Made by a program: the position numbers and the translations under genes. The notes beneath the pieces were generated by a model, which searched no databases, was not told the DNA's origin, and worked only from the letters and a program-made list of their open reading frames with translations. A stretch of 64,000 nt of DNA. Origin: Azolla caroliniana (Eukaryota > Plantae > Polypodiophyta). Shown piece after piece: positions 40,601 to 51,700 of this stretch. The DNA lies in the NCBI GenBank assembly GCA_043228905.1, contig JBHGNT010000010.1:8990001-9054000 (forward strand), given 5' to 3'. Every line of letters begins with the position of its first letter. Positions within the stretch are counted from its first letter, which is position 1.

Positions 40601-43022
40601 AATGCGAAGATCACGCACCTGTTGCGTAAGATGGGGTTTGCAGACTCCAAGTCCGACTCTTCGTTGTTCATCTGGCAAGGTTTAGACGGTCCCATTCGCA
40701 TCTTGTTGTACGTTGATGATCTGGTCATCACCGGACCCGAACTCGATGAAATTAGCCGAGTCAAGTCCCAATTGTCGGATGCGTTTGAGATGAAGGACTT
40801 GGGGGACCTTCACTATTTCCTTGGGATCGAGGTGATCCGAACCCCCGACGACATATTGCTCTCACAAAGGCACTATGTGTTGAATATGTTGTACAAGTTC
40901 GGCATGACGAAATGCCGACCTATCTCTACTCCCCTGGACCGGAACCAGAAGCTCCATCCCGACTCCGAACTAGCCTGCGATGAGAAACGGTTCTGACAAA
41001 TTGTCGGAAGCCTTATATATTTGACAATCACCCGACCCGACATCAACTATCTGGTCGGTGTGATTAGCCAATTCATGCGGAAGCCGACCGTAGAGCATCT
41101 TCAGTGCGCGCACTGAATACTGCGGTATGTGAGTGGCACGAAGGACCGGGGCTTGTTATATCGGCGCGGTATACCCGAAGTGTTGGTCGGTTACACAGAT
41201 GCCGACTGGGCCGACGATGCCTCAGATCGCCGATCAACCTCCAGTTACATGTTTTCCCTAGGTAGCGCGACTGTTGCGTGGAGCAGCAAAAAGCAGCCAA
41301 CAGTTGCTCTGTCGAGCATTGAGGCTGAGTATCGGGGCGCTACCATTGCCACCTGTGAAGCCATTTGGCTTCGACGACTGCTGCAAGACCTAAGGATCGA
41401 GGTACCAACCTCGATTCTGATCTACTACAACAATATAAGCAGCATGCAGCTCGCCAAGAACCCCATATTCCATGCTCGCACAAAGCACATAGAAGTGCAC
41501 TATCACTTCGTGCGTGAGCGTGTCCTGAGTGGTGAGGTCGAACTTCGGTATGTTCACACGGATCGGCAAGTTGCCGACATCTTCACCAAACCACTCGGAT
41601 CGGACAAGTTGCAGCACTTCACCAAAATGCTTGGTGTTCAGCATCTCGACATGCCACATTTGAGGGGGAGAACAGGCAAAGACGCCGGAACGGGTAAAGG
41701 CAAAGAGACTACTTATTGCACCGGTGAGGAAAAAAACCGACGAAGGGAGAGTCATGAAGAAGAAAGGAGCCGAGTCGACACATCCGAACAAGTCAGAACA
41801 AGCGGCAGCGGCGGTAGAGTCAAGAAGGACAGAGCCGACCGGAAGAAGAAGGCCAAGACCCGGACATGGTCCGATGTGGTGAAGGGCTTGGAACCAGAAG
41901 ACGAATCGGGAGCAACTGATTCAGATGAGAGCTGGAACGAATCGGAGATAGTCGATTCGGTTCAACAGACAGATTCGGAAGAACCGGATCAATTCAAGGC
42001 CAAGAGGACGAGAAGGTAGCGAAAGTCGACGCCAACACGAAGGAATCGGCGAACCGGCACGCACCGAAGTCATAGCAGTGAGGGAGTTGAATTGGGCCAG
42101 TTGAGCAGACAAGTCGACCGAGGAGGTCGAGGTGCGCAGAACAAGAGGGGTCGCGGCAAACAGAACCGGACCGGACGAGGAGCGTGAGCAAGGCGGAGTG
42201 ACGCCAGAAGGACCCGGTGTCGTGAAGAAAACCGTCCATAGGCGGAATCGGCGCACCAAGGCGTGGGAACCGGTTCTTCACGCGCGCACGCTCCGAGTTG
42301 TACATAGAAGCGAATTAGGAGGATAATCGGCGGGAACGGGCCCTAACACAAGTGGAGACAAAGACCGCGCGAACAGTCTTTTCGGGCACGCGCGCGAGCT
42401 AAGGGACGGCACGAGTCGGCGGCGTAACTACGCGGATGCGTGAAGAACGGAGCGGATCCCTGTTCGAAAGGGACAGGGAATAAAGCTGACATGACGGCCT
42501 GCTCGTCGGCCTATATAAGAGCGGGGAAAGAGCTGTTGCAGGCATCTCGCAGGGGAGAGAACGAAGTGCTGTCGGACCGTTTCTGGACGCTTCTCTCTCT
42601 CTCTGTGTTTCCTTCCTTCTTGAGCTCCAGAGCTTTCTGTGCAGGGTTCCGAGGAGGCTTGCGCTGTTTCGAGGAACGCCCGAGTGCTTCCGGCAGCACC
42701 TCCGACCGGCTACCCCTTTGTGCGTCGAAGCGAACAGGCATCGGCATCTGTTCGCCGGCCTGTTCGGTTGAAACCAACCTGTGCCCCATCGAGGGTTGTA
42801 GTCGCGTTAGCCATAACTTTCTTAATATATATATTTAGTCATTCGCATCTGTCTGTGTCGGTGTTCGTTCGCGTTCTCCGTGCTGAAGGGCCGTGTCCCT
42901 GTGTATCCCCGGTCCTGCGTAGCCGGTTCTCTCTCTTCCTCCTCCCTCACTTGCTCTTTGGTTCGAGACCCCCGCGGTCCCGCCTCGTTTCCACACGCAC
43001 TTGCGTAATAACTCGACATCTT

Positions 43023-43040
43023 TGGTGAACCCGACGTGAA
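43023..43040 (+). promoter_or_regulatory. Primer binding site complementary to the 3' end of tRNA-Trp
   Basis: TGGTGAACCCGACGTGAA is the reverse complement of TTCACGTCGGGTTCACCA, the plant cytosolic tRNA-Trp 3' end as I recall it; 4 nt downstream of the LTR. Confidence 0.85.
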
Positions 43041-43062
43041 GGAGGCGGCAGAAGAGCAGAAG

Positions 43063-45189
43063 ATGAGGGGGTCGGATCTTGCAGAGGCCATGGCTTCGGC
43101 CGTGGATCGGATTGTAAACGCGCGCGAGGGCACCGGTGCCCTCGACAGAGCTATTGAGGCGGTCGTCGGCACGATCGGCCGGTTCGATGGGAGGGATGCC
43201 ACGAAGTATCTGGCGTCCTACGGTGCAGAAATGCTGATGCGGGACATTCCGGAAGAAAGGCGTCTTGCCGGATTTCCCCGAGTGGCAATGCCGAGCATCC
43301 ATGCGGAGGTGCTCGAGGTGCGGGCGGAGAGCCGTACCTGGGAAGAGTTCGAAGCTCGGCTCCTAGAGAAATACGGGCTGGACGACGCGCTCCGGCTTTC
43401 GAAGCGAAGGTTCATGGAATGGGTGGAATCCCCGGGGAAGGGAAGAAACGCGTCGGCACTCCTCCGGGAGTTCGAGGAAAACTTTGCGCGCCTTTCGGCG
43501 CTCGACCGAACCATCCTGGACACGAGCCGGGTCTTACTGTTTGTCAAGTCGGTCGACGAGCGGGATCGGGAGCAAGTGGGCCTCTTGCTGGAAACCGAAG
43601 ACGGGCTCACTACCGACTGGGCGGCTGTCAGGAAGGTCTGTGGCCGTTTCGACAAACGGCGAGAATGGGCGGATAACGGGGCAACCGGGTCGGGCTCGGT
43701 CGCAGCAAGGAAGCTCGAACCAGCGCCACAGGTGCGAAAGGAAGAGACCCGAGAGTGGTTGGAAACGGGTTCGGCTTCGACCGGCGTAGTCAGAGGCTCA
43801 ACCGGAGGAGCGGCGCTGGAGGAATTGACGAAGGCGATAAAGGACCTCCAAATCGCGCAGGCCCGAAGGGAAGGAGGCGAACCGGCTCGTGACCGACGGC
43901 CGGCGGCAGGAAACAGGTGCATGTGGTGCGATGAAGTCGGCCACATTCGGAAGGACTGCGGCGACTTCGCGGAGGCGCTGAGGAACAGGGTGGTGTACCT
44001 GTGGGAAGGACGGGTGCATGCCATCGACACCCGAAGGGCCCTGAGCCGAAACGACGGGCGAGGTGGTATGAAAAGGTTGATGGAAGAGGCGGCGGCCCGA
44101 CACGCGGAAACCGTCCACTACTCGGCGTCGGCCGGCATTCGAGTCGGGGGCGGCGAGGCCCGAAAGGAAAGCAAAGCCGGATTCTGGCCGACGATGCTAG
44201 AAGGCCTTGCCGGTGCAGGGCTAAAAGGGGAGGAATCGGACCGTGCGGAGAAACGGGTACGGGAGATGACCGGGTGGAGCGACCCGGTCGAGGAAAAGAC
44301 GGGCTTCGTGGAAGCCGCTTGCCGGAACTACGAGGCTCTGGTAGAAGAGAAGCGGGTGGGGAAACCCGGGACGACCGGGCCCTCACAACGATACGAGACC
44401 CGGTCCGGGCCACGACGGGACGAAGCCGGCGGGGCCGGTACGCAAGATAAACCCCAGAAGGGCGGGTACCGTCTGGGGACGGAGATAGAAAGAACCACGG
44501 ACTTACGAAAGGTCCTGGAGGAACGGATCCTCGACAGCAAGGTGGAGCTGTCGTTACGAGAGGTGCTGGGAATCGCCAAGAAGGAGTTCCATGACTCCAT
44601 CGTGGACTTAGTGAAACGGAAGAGGCTGTCAACGGAGACAGAACCGGAAAGACCGGTGGAAGTGCGGACGACGCACCTAGACGACATGGCGCTGGGAGAC
44701 GAGTGGGCGGAAAGCCACTATTCGAGACCGCACTGGGCCCGAGCGACCACGGAAACCCCGGTGAAGATCGGCGATGTCCAGGAACCGGTGATAGCTTTGG
44801 TGGACCACGGATCGGAGATCAATTTGATGTCCATGGACTTCTATAAGAAGGGCAAATGGCCGATCAACACCAAGCACGGGTGGAAAATAAGGGCAGCAAC
44901 ACGCGCCACCGAGGAACTGCACGGGGCCTGTCCGAATGTGCGAGTCAAGATCGGCGACGTCGAGATTGACCAGCACTTCTTCGTGCAGGAGACGTCTTCG
45001 CATCCGGTCATACTGGGAGAGCCGTACATCACGGCGGCGCGAATGGAGACCAAGGTGCTGGACAATGGTTCGGCCTACGCAAGGGTCAAAAGCCAAGACG
45101 GGCGCCATTCGGTCCAGTTTCTGACGGTACGGCCGAACCACGAACGTAACCGCGACTCCCTCGGTTCCGAAAACCGAGAGGATTTTTAG
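43063..45189 (+). CDS. Gag-protease polyprotein of the gypsy element
   Basis: First ATG at 43063; zinc knuckle CMWCDEVGHIRKDC; aspartic protease ALVDHGSEINLM...VILGEPY; ends at GAT TTT TAG. Confidence 0.93.
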   Translation: MRGSDLAEAMASAVDRIVNAREGTGALDRAIEAVVGTIGRFDGRDATKYLASYGAEMLMRDIPEERRLAGFPRVAMPSIHAEVLEVRAESRTWEEFEARLLEKYGLDDALRLSKRRFMEWVESPGKGRNASALLREFEENFARLSALDRTILDTSRVLLFVKSVDERDREQVGLLLETEDGLTTDWAAVRKVCGRFDKRREWADNGATGSGSVAARKLEPAPQVRKEETREWLETGSASTGVVRGSTGGAALEELTKAIKDLQIAQARREGGEPARDRRPAAGNRCMWCDEVGHIRKDCGDFAEALRNRVVYLWEGRVHAIDTRRALSRNDGRGGMKRLMEEAAARHAETVHYSASAGIRVGGGEARKESKAGFWPTMLEGLAGAGLKGEESDRAEKRVREMTGWSDPVEEKTGFVEAACRNYEALVEEKRVGKPGTTGPSQRYETRSGPRRDEAGGAGTQDKPQKGGYRLGTEIERTTDLRKVLEERILDSKVELSLREVLGIAKKEFHDSIVDLVKRKRLSTETEPERPVEVRTTHLDDMALGDEWAESHYSRPHWARATTETPVKIGDVQEPVIALVDHGSEINLMSMDFYKKGKWPINTKHGWKIRAATRATEELHGACPNVRVKIGDVEIDQHFFVQETSSHPVILGEPYITAARMETKVLDNGSAYARVKSQDGRHSVQFLTVRPNHERNRDSLGSENREDF

Positions 45190-48100
45190 AGAGGACTGCC
45201 AAGGCGTGGGGCCGCGACAGTCCGGATGCTCCGGGAAGACCCCACATCTGTACGATAAAACCGTGTACAATAGGTAGGAAATTTTGCTTCTCCGGCAGCG
45301 GAGCATGTGCGATGGTCGGCATCGCCGGCCGAGAGAAAACAAAGACGGAGGGGAGACTTCGAGCGTGCGGAGTTCTCGGCCCTGACGAAGAAATCAACGG
45401 AGCCGTGGAGGCAGTCTCCTTCGACGACACCTTGGGAATGCTGGGGAAGGTAGTCGAAGAAGACCTTGACGAAGACCGGACGATACCGGTATGTTCAGAA
45501 GAAATGTACGAAGTCATCGCGGACTTCGGTCGAGGGCTCGAGTCGGAACGGACGGCCCGAGTTGGCACCAAGTACAAGACTGTGGACCGGAAGGTGAGGC
45601 CGGTTGCGGCGCCCTTACCGGAGGGCAGCGAATCCCGGATCAAAGGGGTTGCATCGGACCCCAGCTTACGAGATCCGGCCTGCATAGGACACACCTTCAC
45701 CAACGAGACGCTCCGCGAGCTGAAGATAGGTGGGGGCGGGTTCCTACTGCCGGTGGAGGAAGACCGGTTTCGGAGGATGCTCGGAAGGCACGGGAAAGCC
45801 TTCGCATTCTCACCGGAGGAAATCGGGTGCGTAGACCCGACGATCGTAGAGCCGATGGTGATATTCACGGTACCGCATGTACCGTGGAATCTCAAGCCAA
45901 TTCCGGTTCCAAGAGCTCACATCCCGAAGTTGATGGAGTTGTTGAAGCAGAAAGTTGTTATGGGCATTCTCGAGCCGTCGAGCGCCCCGTACTCGAACCG
46001 GTGGTTTACGGTACCAAAGAAAAACGGATCATTGCGCTTCATTCAGGACCTGCAACCGGTCAATAGGGTGACCATTCGGAACGCAGGGATCGGACCGACC
46101 ATAGACGAGTTCGCGGAGGCCTTCGCCGGAAGGTCGATTTACTCGGTCGGTGATCTATATTCAGGGTACGACCAGTTCCAGCTAGCCGTGGAGAGCAGAG
46201 ACATTACGACGATGCGAACTCCCCTCGGCCTAGTGCGGATGTGTACGCTGCCGCAAGGAGGGACCAACTCGGTGGCCCACATGGTGAATGCAATGAACAA
46301 GGTGCTGAGGGACTGCATCCCGGACATCACCATGCCGTTTCTAGACGACATCCCGATCAAGGGTTGCCCGGTAGAAGAGAAGGACGAGACGATCGGGCCG
46401 GACGGATGCCGGCGATTCGTGGTAACGCACATCGACGACTGCGAGAAGGTGCTGCAAAGGCTAGAGGATGCGAGGCTCACTTTCTCGGGGGAGAAGTCAG
46501 CCTTCGGGCAGTCGGAAATCATGGTGGTCGGACATTTATGTGGACCGTATGGCCGGAAACCGTCTCCGGCAAAGATAGAAGCCATCTCCGCGATGAAGCC
46601 TGATTGCAGCTCGGTCACGGAAGTACGAAGATTCTTGGGAGCATGCGCCTTCTACCACATATGGATCCCGCATTACGCGCACGTCGCGGAGCCGCTGTAC
46701 GGACTATTGAAGAAAGGGCGAAGATTCGAATGGCTAGACAAGCACACGGAGTCGGTCCGGAGGCTGAAGGAGGCTCTTTCGGCAGCACCGGCGCTCCGAA
46801 AGGCCGTCTACAGGAAGGGCACCCCAGTGTACATAACGGTTGACACGAGTCCGACCGGAATCGGGTGGGTCGTCAACCAAGAAGACGAGGACGGCAATCG
46901 GTTTCCGATCCGATTCGGCGCGAAGGTCCTCAGCGAACGGCAGCGAGGATACGCCCAGGTTAAACGCGAACTCTGGGGTATCGTTTCGGCGGTGAAGGCC
47001 GACAAGGACTATCTGATCGGGACAGAGGTAATCATAGAGACGGATTGCATGCCGATTCTCGGCATGGTTTCCGGATGCGCGACGCCGGACCTGGCAATGC
47101 TCAGGTGGATAGCGTACATCAAGTCCCTGGACCCGGAAATACGACACATTTCCGGTAAAGACAACGCCATGGCCGACATGCTTTCAAGGGCGAGATTCGA
47201 TGACGAGGGCGGCATGGTTTCGGAGGACGAAGAGGTCGGCGTGGACTTCTTCGAGGCTGCGTATGTAACAACCGACGGAACAAGCACTCCGGCGCTTAAC
47301 GACTTCGACGCGAGCAAGTACGACGGGGAGTGGCTGCAGATCGGTGGGTTTTTGAGGACAATGACGCCCGATGCGTCATGGACGAAGGACGAGGCCAACC
47401 GGATCCGGAAGAAAGCGTACCGGTTCTTTCTCCGGGATGGCTATCTATGGAAGCACCCGAAGAAGAGGGACGGCGCTCCGCTCCGGGTGGTGGCGACGAA
47501 GGAAGAACAGGAGGAGCTGCTGACGGCCTACCACGACAGCCCTTGGGCTGGACACCGTGGGACTTGGGCTACGTTTGAGAAACTGAAGGGGAAGCATTGG
47601 TGGCCGGGGCAGTACCAGGACGTGCATCGGTTCGTGACAACTTGCGAGAGCTGTCAGATGCACTCCATAGTCCGACATCGGGACGAGCTTCACCCCACGT
47701 ACCCTCCGACCATCCACTTCAAATGGATGGTAGATCTGGTGACGATGCCAATGGGGGTAGGACAGATGCGGTACCTGGTCCTAGCGCGGGAGGATCTGAC
47801 GAACCAGGTGGAAGGCCGGGCCCTTCCGAACAAAACGACCGCGGCCGTATGTCGGTTCCTAATCGAGGACGTGATATGCCGGTACGGGTGCGTCAGGAAG
47901 ATCGTGGCTGACCGAGGGGAGTTGGACGCCGAAGAAGCCGCGGAGCTGTTCGACCGGCTGGGGGTCAAGCTCTCGCTCACCACTGCGTACAATCCGGAGG
48001 CGAATGGAAAGGTGGAGCGCGGACACGGACCGATCGTCAAGGCGTTGATTCGGGCATGCGGAGGCCGAGTCGGTAACTGGCCGCGGCTGCTACCTTATGC

Positions 48101-48764
48101 TTTGTGGGCAGACCGGACCACGCACAGTTCGGTAACCGGGTACATGCCGACGGAGCTCATGTTCGGCCAGAAGCCGATCATGCCGATAGAACGGACGATC
48201 TCCTCGTGGGCAACGGTCGACTGGAGGGACGAGATGAGCCGGGAGGAGTTGTTGGCCGCACGTATACGACAGCTCGAGCGGAGACCGGAGGACGTGGCAC
48301 TGGCTACGGAGAAGCTCCGGGTGGCGAGGACAAAGAACAAAGCCCGGTTCGACCGAACGCACCGGCTACGACCGAAGAAAATCGACGAAGGTGACTGGGT
48401 GCTCGTCTACGACAGCAGCCTCGACAACCAGCACCGAGCTACACGGAAGTTCGCACAAAGGTGGTTCGGGCCTTACGTGGTGCGGAGCGCCAATGACAAC
48501 GGAACATATCACCTGGCGGAACTAGACGGCACGAGAATGGCGATACCGGTTGCAGGGAAGCGGATCAAAGCGTTCAAGAAGCGACACGACGACGAGCCAG
48601 ACCCAGCTCTCCTAGTCAGCAGTGACGAAAGATCCGAAAACGAGGAAGAACCGACGGGCGAAGAAATGAAGACGGGCCGGTTTTCTCCGTCCCAACTCTC
48701 TTGGTGCATACCGGAGGATGCACGGTTAGGTGGGGGCGGATGTCGTGAAGAAAACCGTCCATAG
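45180..48764 (+). CDS. RT-RNase H-integrase ORF, open from the slippery site at 45180 and probably reached by -1 frameshift
   Basis: Checked codon by codon, the -1 frame has no stop from 45180 to the ATG at 45312. RT DLYSGYDQ, LPQG, FLDD; RNase H VDTS; integrase H-H-C-C zinc finger, D-D-E core and GPY motif. The stop codon lies 24 nt inside the 3' LTR. Confidence 0.92.
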   Translation, partial: GFLERTAKAWGRDSPDAPGRPHICTIKPCTIGRKFCFSGSGACAMVGIAGREKTKTEGRLRACGVLGPDEEINGAVEAVSFDDTLGMLGKVVEEDLDEDRTIPVCSEEMYEVIADFGRGLESERTARVGTKYKTVDRKVRPVAAPLPEGSESRIKGVASDPSLRDPACIGHTFTNETLRELKIGGGGFLLPVEEDRFRRMLGRHGKAFAFSPEEIGCVDPTIVEPMVIFTVPHVPWNLKPIPVPRAHIPKLMELLKQKVVMGILEPSSAPYSNRWFTVPKKNGSLRFIQDLQPVNRVTIRNAGIGPTIDEFAEAFAGRSIYSVGDLYSGYDQFQLAVESRDITTMRTPLGLVRMCTLPQGGTNSVAHMVNAMNKVLRDCIPDITMPFLDDIPIKGCPVEEKDETIGPDGCRRFVVTHIDDCEKVLQRLEDARLTFSGEKSAFGQSEIMVVGHLCGPYGRKPSPAKIEAISAMKPDCSSVTEVRRFLGACAFYHIWIPHYAHVAEPLYGLLKKGRRFEWLDKHTESVRRLKEALSAAPALRKAVYRKGTPVYITVDTSPTGIGWVVNQEDEDGNRFPIRFGAKVLSERQRGYAQVKRELWGIVSAVKADKDYLIGTEVIIETDCMPILGMVSGCATPDLAMLRWIAYIKSLDPEIRHISGKDNAMADMLSRARFDDEGGMVSEDEEVGVDFFEAAYVTTDGTSTPALNDFDASKYDGEWLQIGGFLRTMTPDASWTKDEANRIRKKAYRFFLRDGYLWKHPKKRDGAPLRVVATKEEQEELLTAYHDSPWAGHRGTWATFEKLKGKHWWPGQYQDVHRFVTTCESCQMHSIVRHRDELHPTYPPTIHFKWMVDLVTMPMGVGQMRYLVLAREDLTNQVEGRALPNKTTAAVCRFLIEDVICRYGCVRKIVADRGELDAEEAAELFDRLGVKLSLTTAYNPEANGKVERGHGPIVKALIRACGGRVGNWPRLLPYALWADRTTHSSVTGYMPTELMFGQKPIMPIERTISSWATVDWRDEMSREELLAARIRQLERRPEDVALATEKLRVARTKNKARFDRTHRLRPKKIDEGDWVLVYDSSLDNQHRATRKFAQRWFGPYVVRSANDNGTYHLAELDGTRMAIPVAGKRIKAFKKRHDDEPDPALLVSSDERSENEEEPTGEEMKTGRFSPSQLSWCIPEDARLGGGGCREENRP

Positions 48765-51700
48765 GCGGAATCGGCGCACCAAGGCGTGGGAACCGGTTCT
48801 TCACGCGCGCACGCTCCGAGTTGTACATAGAAGCGAATTAGGAGGATAATCGGCGGGAACGGGCCCTAACACAAGTGGAGACAAAGACCGCGCGAACAGT
48901 CTTTTCGGGCACGCGCGCGAGCTAAGGGACGGCACGAGTCGGCGGCGTAACTACGCGGATGCGTGAAGAACGGAGCGGATCCCTGTTCGAAAGGGACAGG
49001 GAATAAAGCTGACATGACGGCCTGCTCGTCGGCCTATATAAGAGCGGGGAAAGAGCTGTTGCAGGCATCTCGCAGGGGAGAGAACGAAGTGCTGTCGGAC
49101 CGTTTCTGGACGCTTCTCTCTCTCTCTGTGTTTCCTTCCTTCTTGAGCTCCAGAGCTTTCTGTGCAGGGTTCCGAGGAGGCTTGCGCTGTTTCGAGGAAC
49201 GCCCGAGTGCTTCCGGCAGCACCTCCGACCGGCTACCCCTTTGTGCGTCGAAGCGAACAGGCATCGGCATCTGTTCGCCGGCCTGTTCGGTTGAAACCAA
49301 CCTGTGCCCCATCGAGGGTTGTAGTCGCGTTAGCCATAACTTTCTTAATATATATATTTAGTCATTCGCATCTGTCTGTGTCGGTGTTCGTTCGCGTTCT
49401 CCGTGCTGAAGGGCCGTGTCCCTGTGTATCCCCGGTCCTGCGTAGCCGGTTCTCTCTCTTCCTCCTCCCTCACTTGCTCTTTGGTTCGAGACCCCCGCGG
49501 TCCCGCCTCGTTTCCACACGCACTTGCGTAATAACTCGACACCGGGCAGAAGGACCGGTTGCCACAGACGTTGACATTATGACTGGACCTCAAGTTGAGC
49601 TTGAGGGGGAGTGTTGAGCGGCAAGCTCAATCGGAGCCGGATGGGCTGGATAAGCCTGAGCCGGTGAGCGAGACGGATCGGTGAGCCGGTGAGCACCCGG
49701 TGAGCAAAAGAGCCGGTGAGCTGGGGAGTTGGTTAGCTGGATCCATCAGTAACCGGAAGCCTAGTAGCAGCTAGACTACTAGGGAGTTATTACTCTCGTA
49801 GTTAGTGTCAAACGCTCGAGTGAGCATTGAAGTACACCGTACTTCTGTTAGTCCGTATGGACTTGTATAAAAGTGTTCGCTGAACACATACAATGTACAG
49901 AGCGTTGATATAATTTTTTGAATAGAGATTCTTGTTCTCTCTCTCTGACTCTCCCGCGTACTATTAAGCTCTCCATTAAAAACTTGTTCTCTGTTTTTTG
50001 TTTCTTATTGCTTCCGCACGCTATTTGTTTTTACACGAACTTATATAATAAGTTGAGGATGTAGTGCCATTGGGAGATCATAATGCCGGCTAGAGTCCAA
50101 ATTACCTGCCAAGGAAGTAATGAAGCTCTTTCATGTCCGCCATCTCAAATTTTCTGGAGAGGAGGGCCTTGATCTTGTTGATGTCGACTAGATGCTCACC
50201 TCCAATGACCAGATCATCAACGTATAGGATGATGAAAATCCGACTTTTGGAATTGCTTCTTACATAGAGGGAGTTGTTAGATTTTGACATTTTGAAGTTG
50301 ATTCGATGAAGATAATGTGTTATCTTGGAATGCCAAGCACGTGGTGCTTGCTTAAGGTTGTAGAGTGGCTTCTTCAGTTGGCAGACTGCTTTCGGATGGT
50401 TGTTAGATTTGAAGCCAGTTGGTTGGACCATGTAAACCTCCTCTTCTAATTCGCCTTGGAGGAAGGCCTTCTTTACGTCCATCTAGTGGAGGTGCCACCC
50501 TTTTGGTGTTGCGAGTGCAATCATGGTTCGAATAGTCGTCATCTTTGCCATCAGGGCAAAGGTCTCTTCATAGTCGACTCCATGTGTCTATGTGTATCCT
50601 TTCGCTATGAGTCGGGCTTTATAGTGATTGACAGAGCCGTCGACGTTATACCTCACCTTGAATATCCATCTACAACCAATTGCCTTCTTGTGAGGTGAGT
50701 GGGGAACTTGCATGCATTGCTCCACAATTTGGCTAACCGAGACCAAATTCTTCGTTATGGTCGATACATGCAAGATGTTTTTTATACAAGTTTGTTTGTC
50801 GTCTTTTCCAAATGGGACATTGCCAATGTGTCAAATCGGATGAATAGTGTTGTCTCCAATCTTGACATAGCCGGGTCGATCCGGCTCTTGTAGGTCCCAA
50901 AACCATTCTTGATGGGACGTCATATGGTTCGAGGCACTGGAGTCGACAAACCATACATTTTCCGGGCTGGAGGCACTAGTCGAAGTAAAAGCTGACATAG
51001 AATTTGCTCTATGTCTCATCACGAACATTCCTCCATGGTCATCATAGTCGGAGTTGGTGGCGTAATTGGTGAGTTGTCGGCTTGTAGAGGCCGACTCACG
51101 CTTCTTCTTTCGGCACTCTTCTTCATGATGGCTGATTTTACCAGAATATCTACATTCAATTGAGTTGTTTTGTCGGCTTGGACTGGCATGGAAGCTCCCC
51201 CTTCTTCCGAATGTTCCTCGGTTGTTTCCATTTTCTTGCCGAAATTGGGAGTTATTTTCATAGGTTGACCTTGTTTGCCTCATCCTTGGCCGAATCACCC
51301 TCTTCTTGCTCGACTGCGTCCTCTTCCTCCGTTCGAGTGTGTGTAGAGCATTTGACCTTCCGAGGCGTTGCTCTTGGTTCAAACATGATTTTCTTCAACC
51401 AATAACATTGATTGAAGATCGAAGAAAGAGGGAGGATTCTCCCTTGTTAGGACGACAATTCTCATTGTGTCGAACCGTGGTGCGAGGCCGCCTAGGCATA
51501 TTTGTACCATCTCATCATCCTGCACGTTGACACTTATTGAGCCAAGTGAGTTACAAAGCTCCTTGATCTTCACGGTGTAGCTTGTGATGGACATATCTCG
51601 TTGTTAGATATTGTTCAACTCTTGACGGAGTGGAAGCTTTCATGCCATCGTATTGGCGGCGAATATCTTCTTGAGATTCTCCCAAGCTTCTTTCGGTGTC

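Larger units (their letters stand above)
42218..49541 (+). mobile_element. Intact, very young non-chromoviral Ty3/gypsy element (Phygy/Selgy-like or fungal-like; lineage unverified)
   Basis: Two 801-bp LTRs (42218-43018, 48741-49541) that look identical by eye; 4-bp TSD CCGG; tRNA-Trp PBS; two uninterrupted ORFs; PPT AGGTGGGGGCGGA. Confidence 0.96.
37014..50035 (+). mobile_element. Ty1/copia element B, full length with stops and frameshifts, host of the gypsy insertion
   Basis: LTRs 37014-37415 and 49612-50035; perfect TSD CGAAC; PBS TGGTATCAGAGC at 37416-37427; gag, protease WYVDSGASNHM, integrase, RT LYVDD, RNase H GYTDADW; PPT GAGGGGGAG before 49612. Confidence 0.95.

Noticed and set aside
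41640-42217. env-like gene after RNase H in copia B
   Set aside because: The region is short, highly charged, in frame with pol and has no transmembrane segment.
42440-42838. 132-aa ORF duplicated at 48963-49361
   Set aside because: It lies within the identical LTRs, starts at GTG and has no protein features; the duplication is just the LTR.
45312-45314. ATG 45312 as an independent start for pol
   Set aside because: The frame is open back to the slippery site at 45180, so frameshifting explains expression more simply. Internal initiation is not excluded.
43218-45895. Long antisense ORFs (270, 280, 221 and 269 aa) in the gypsy element
   Set aside because: They are shadows of GC-rich sense ORFs with no recognisable motifs.
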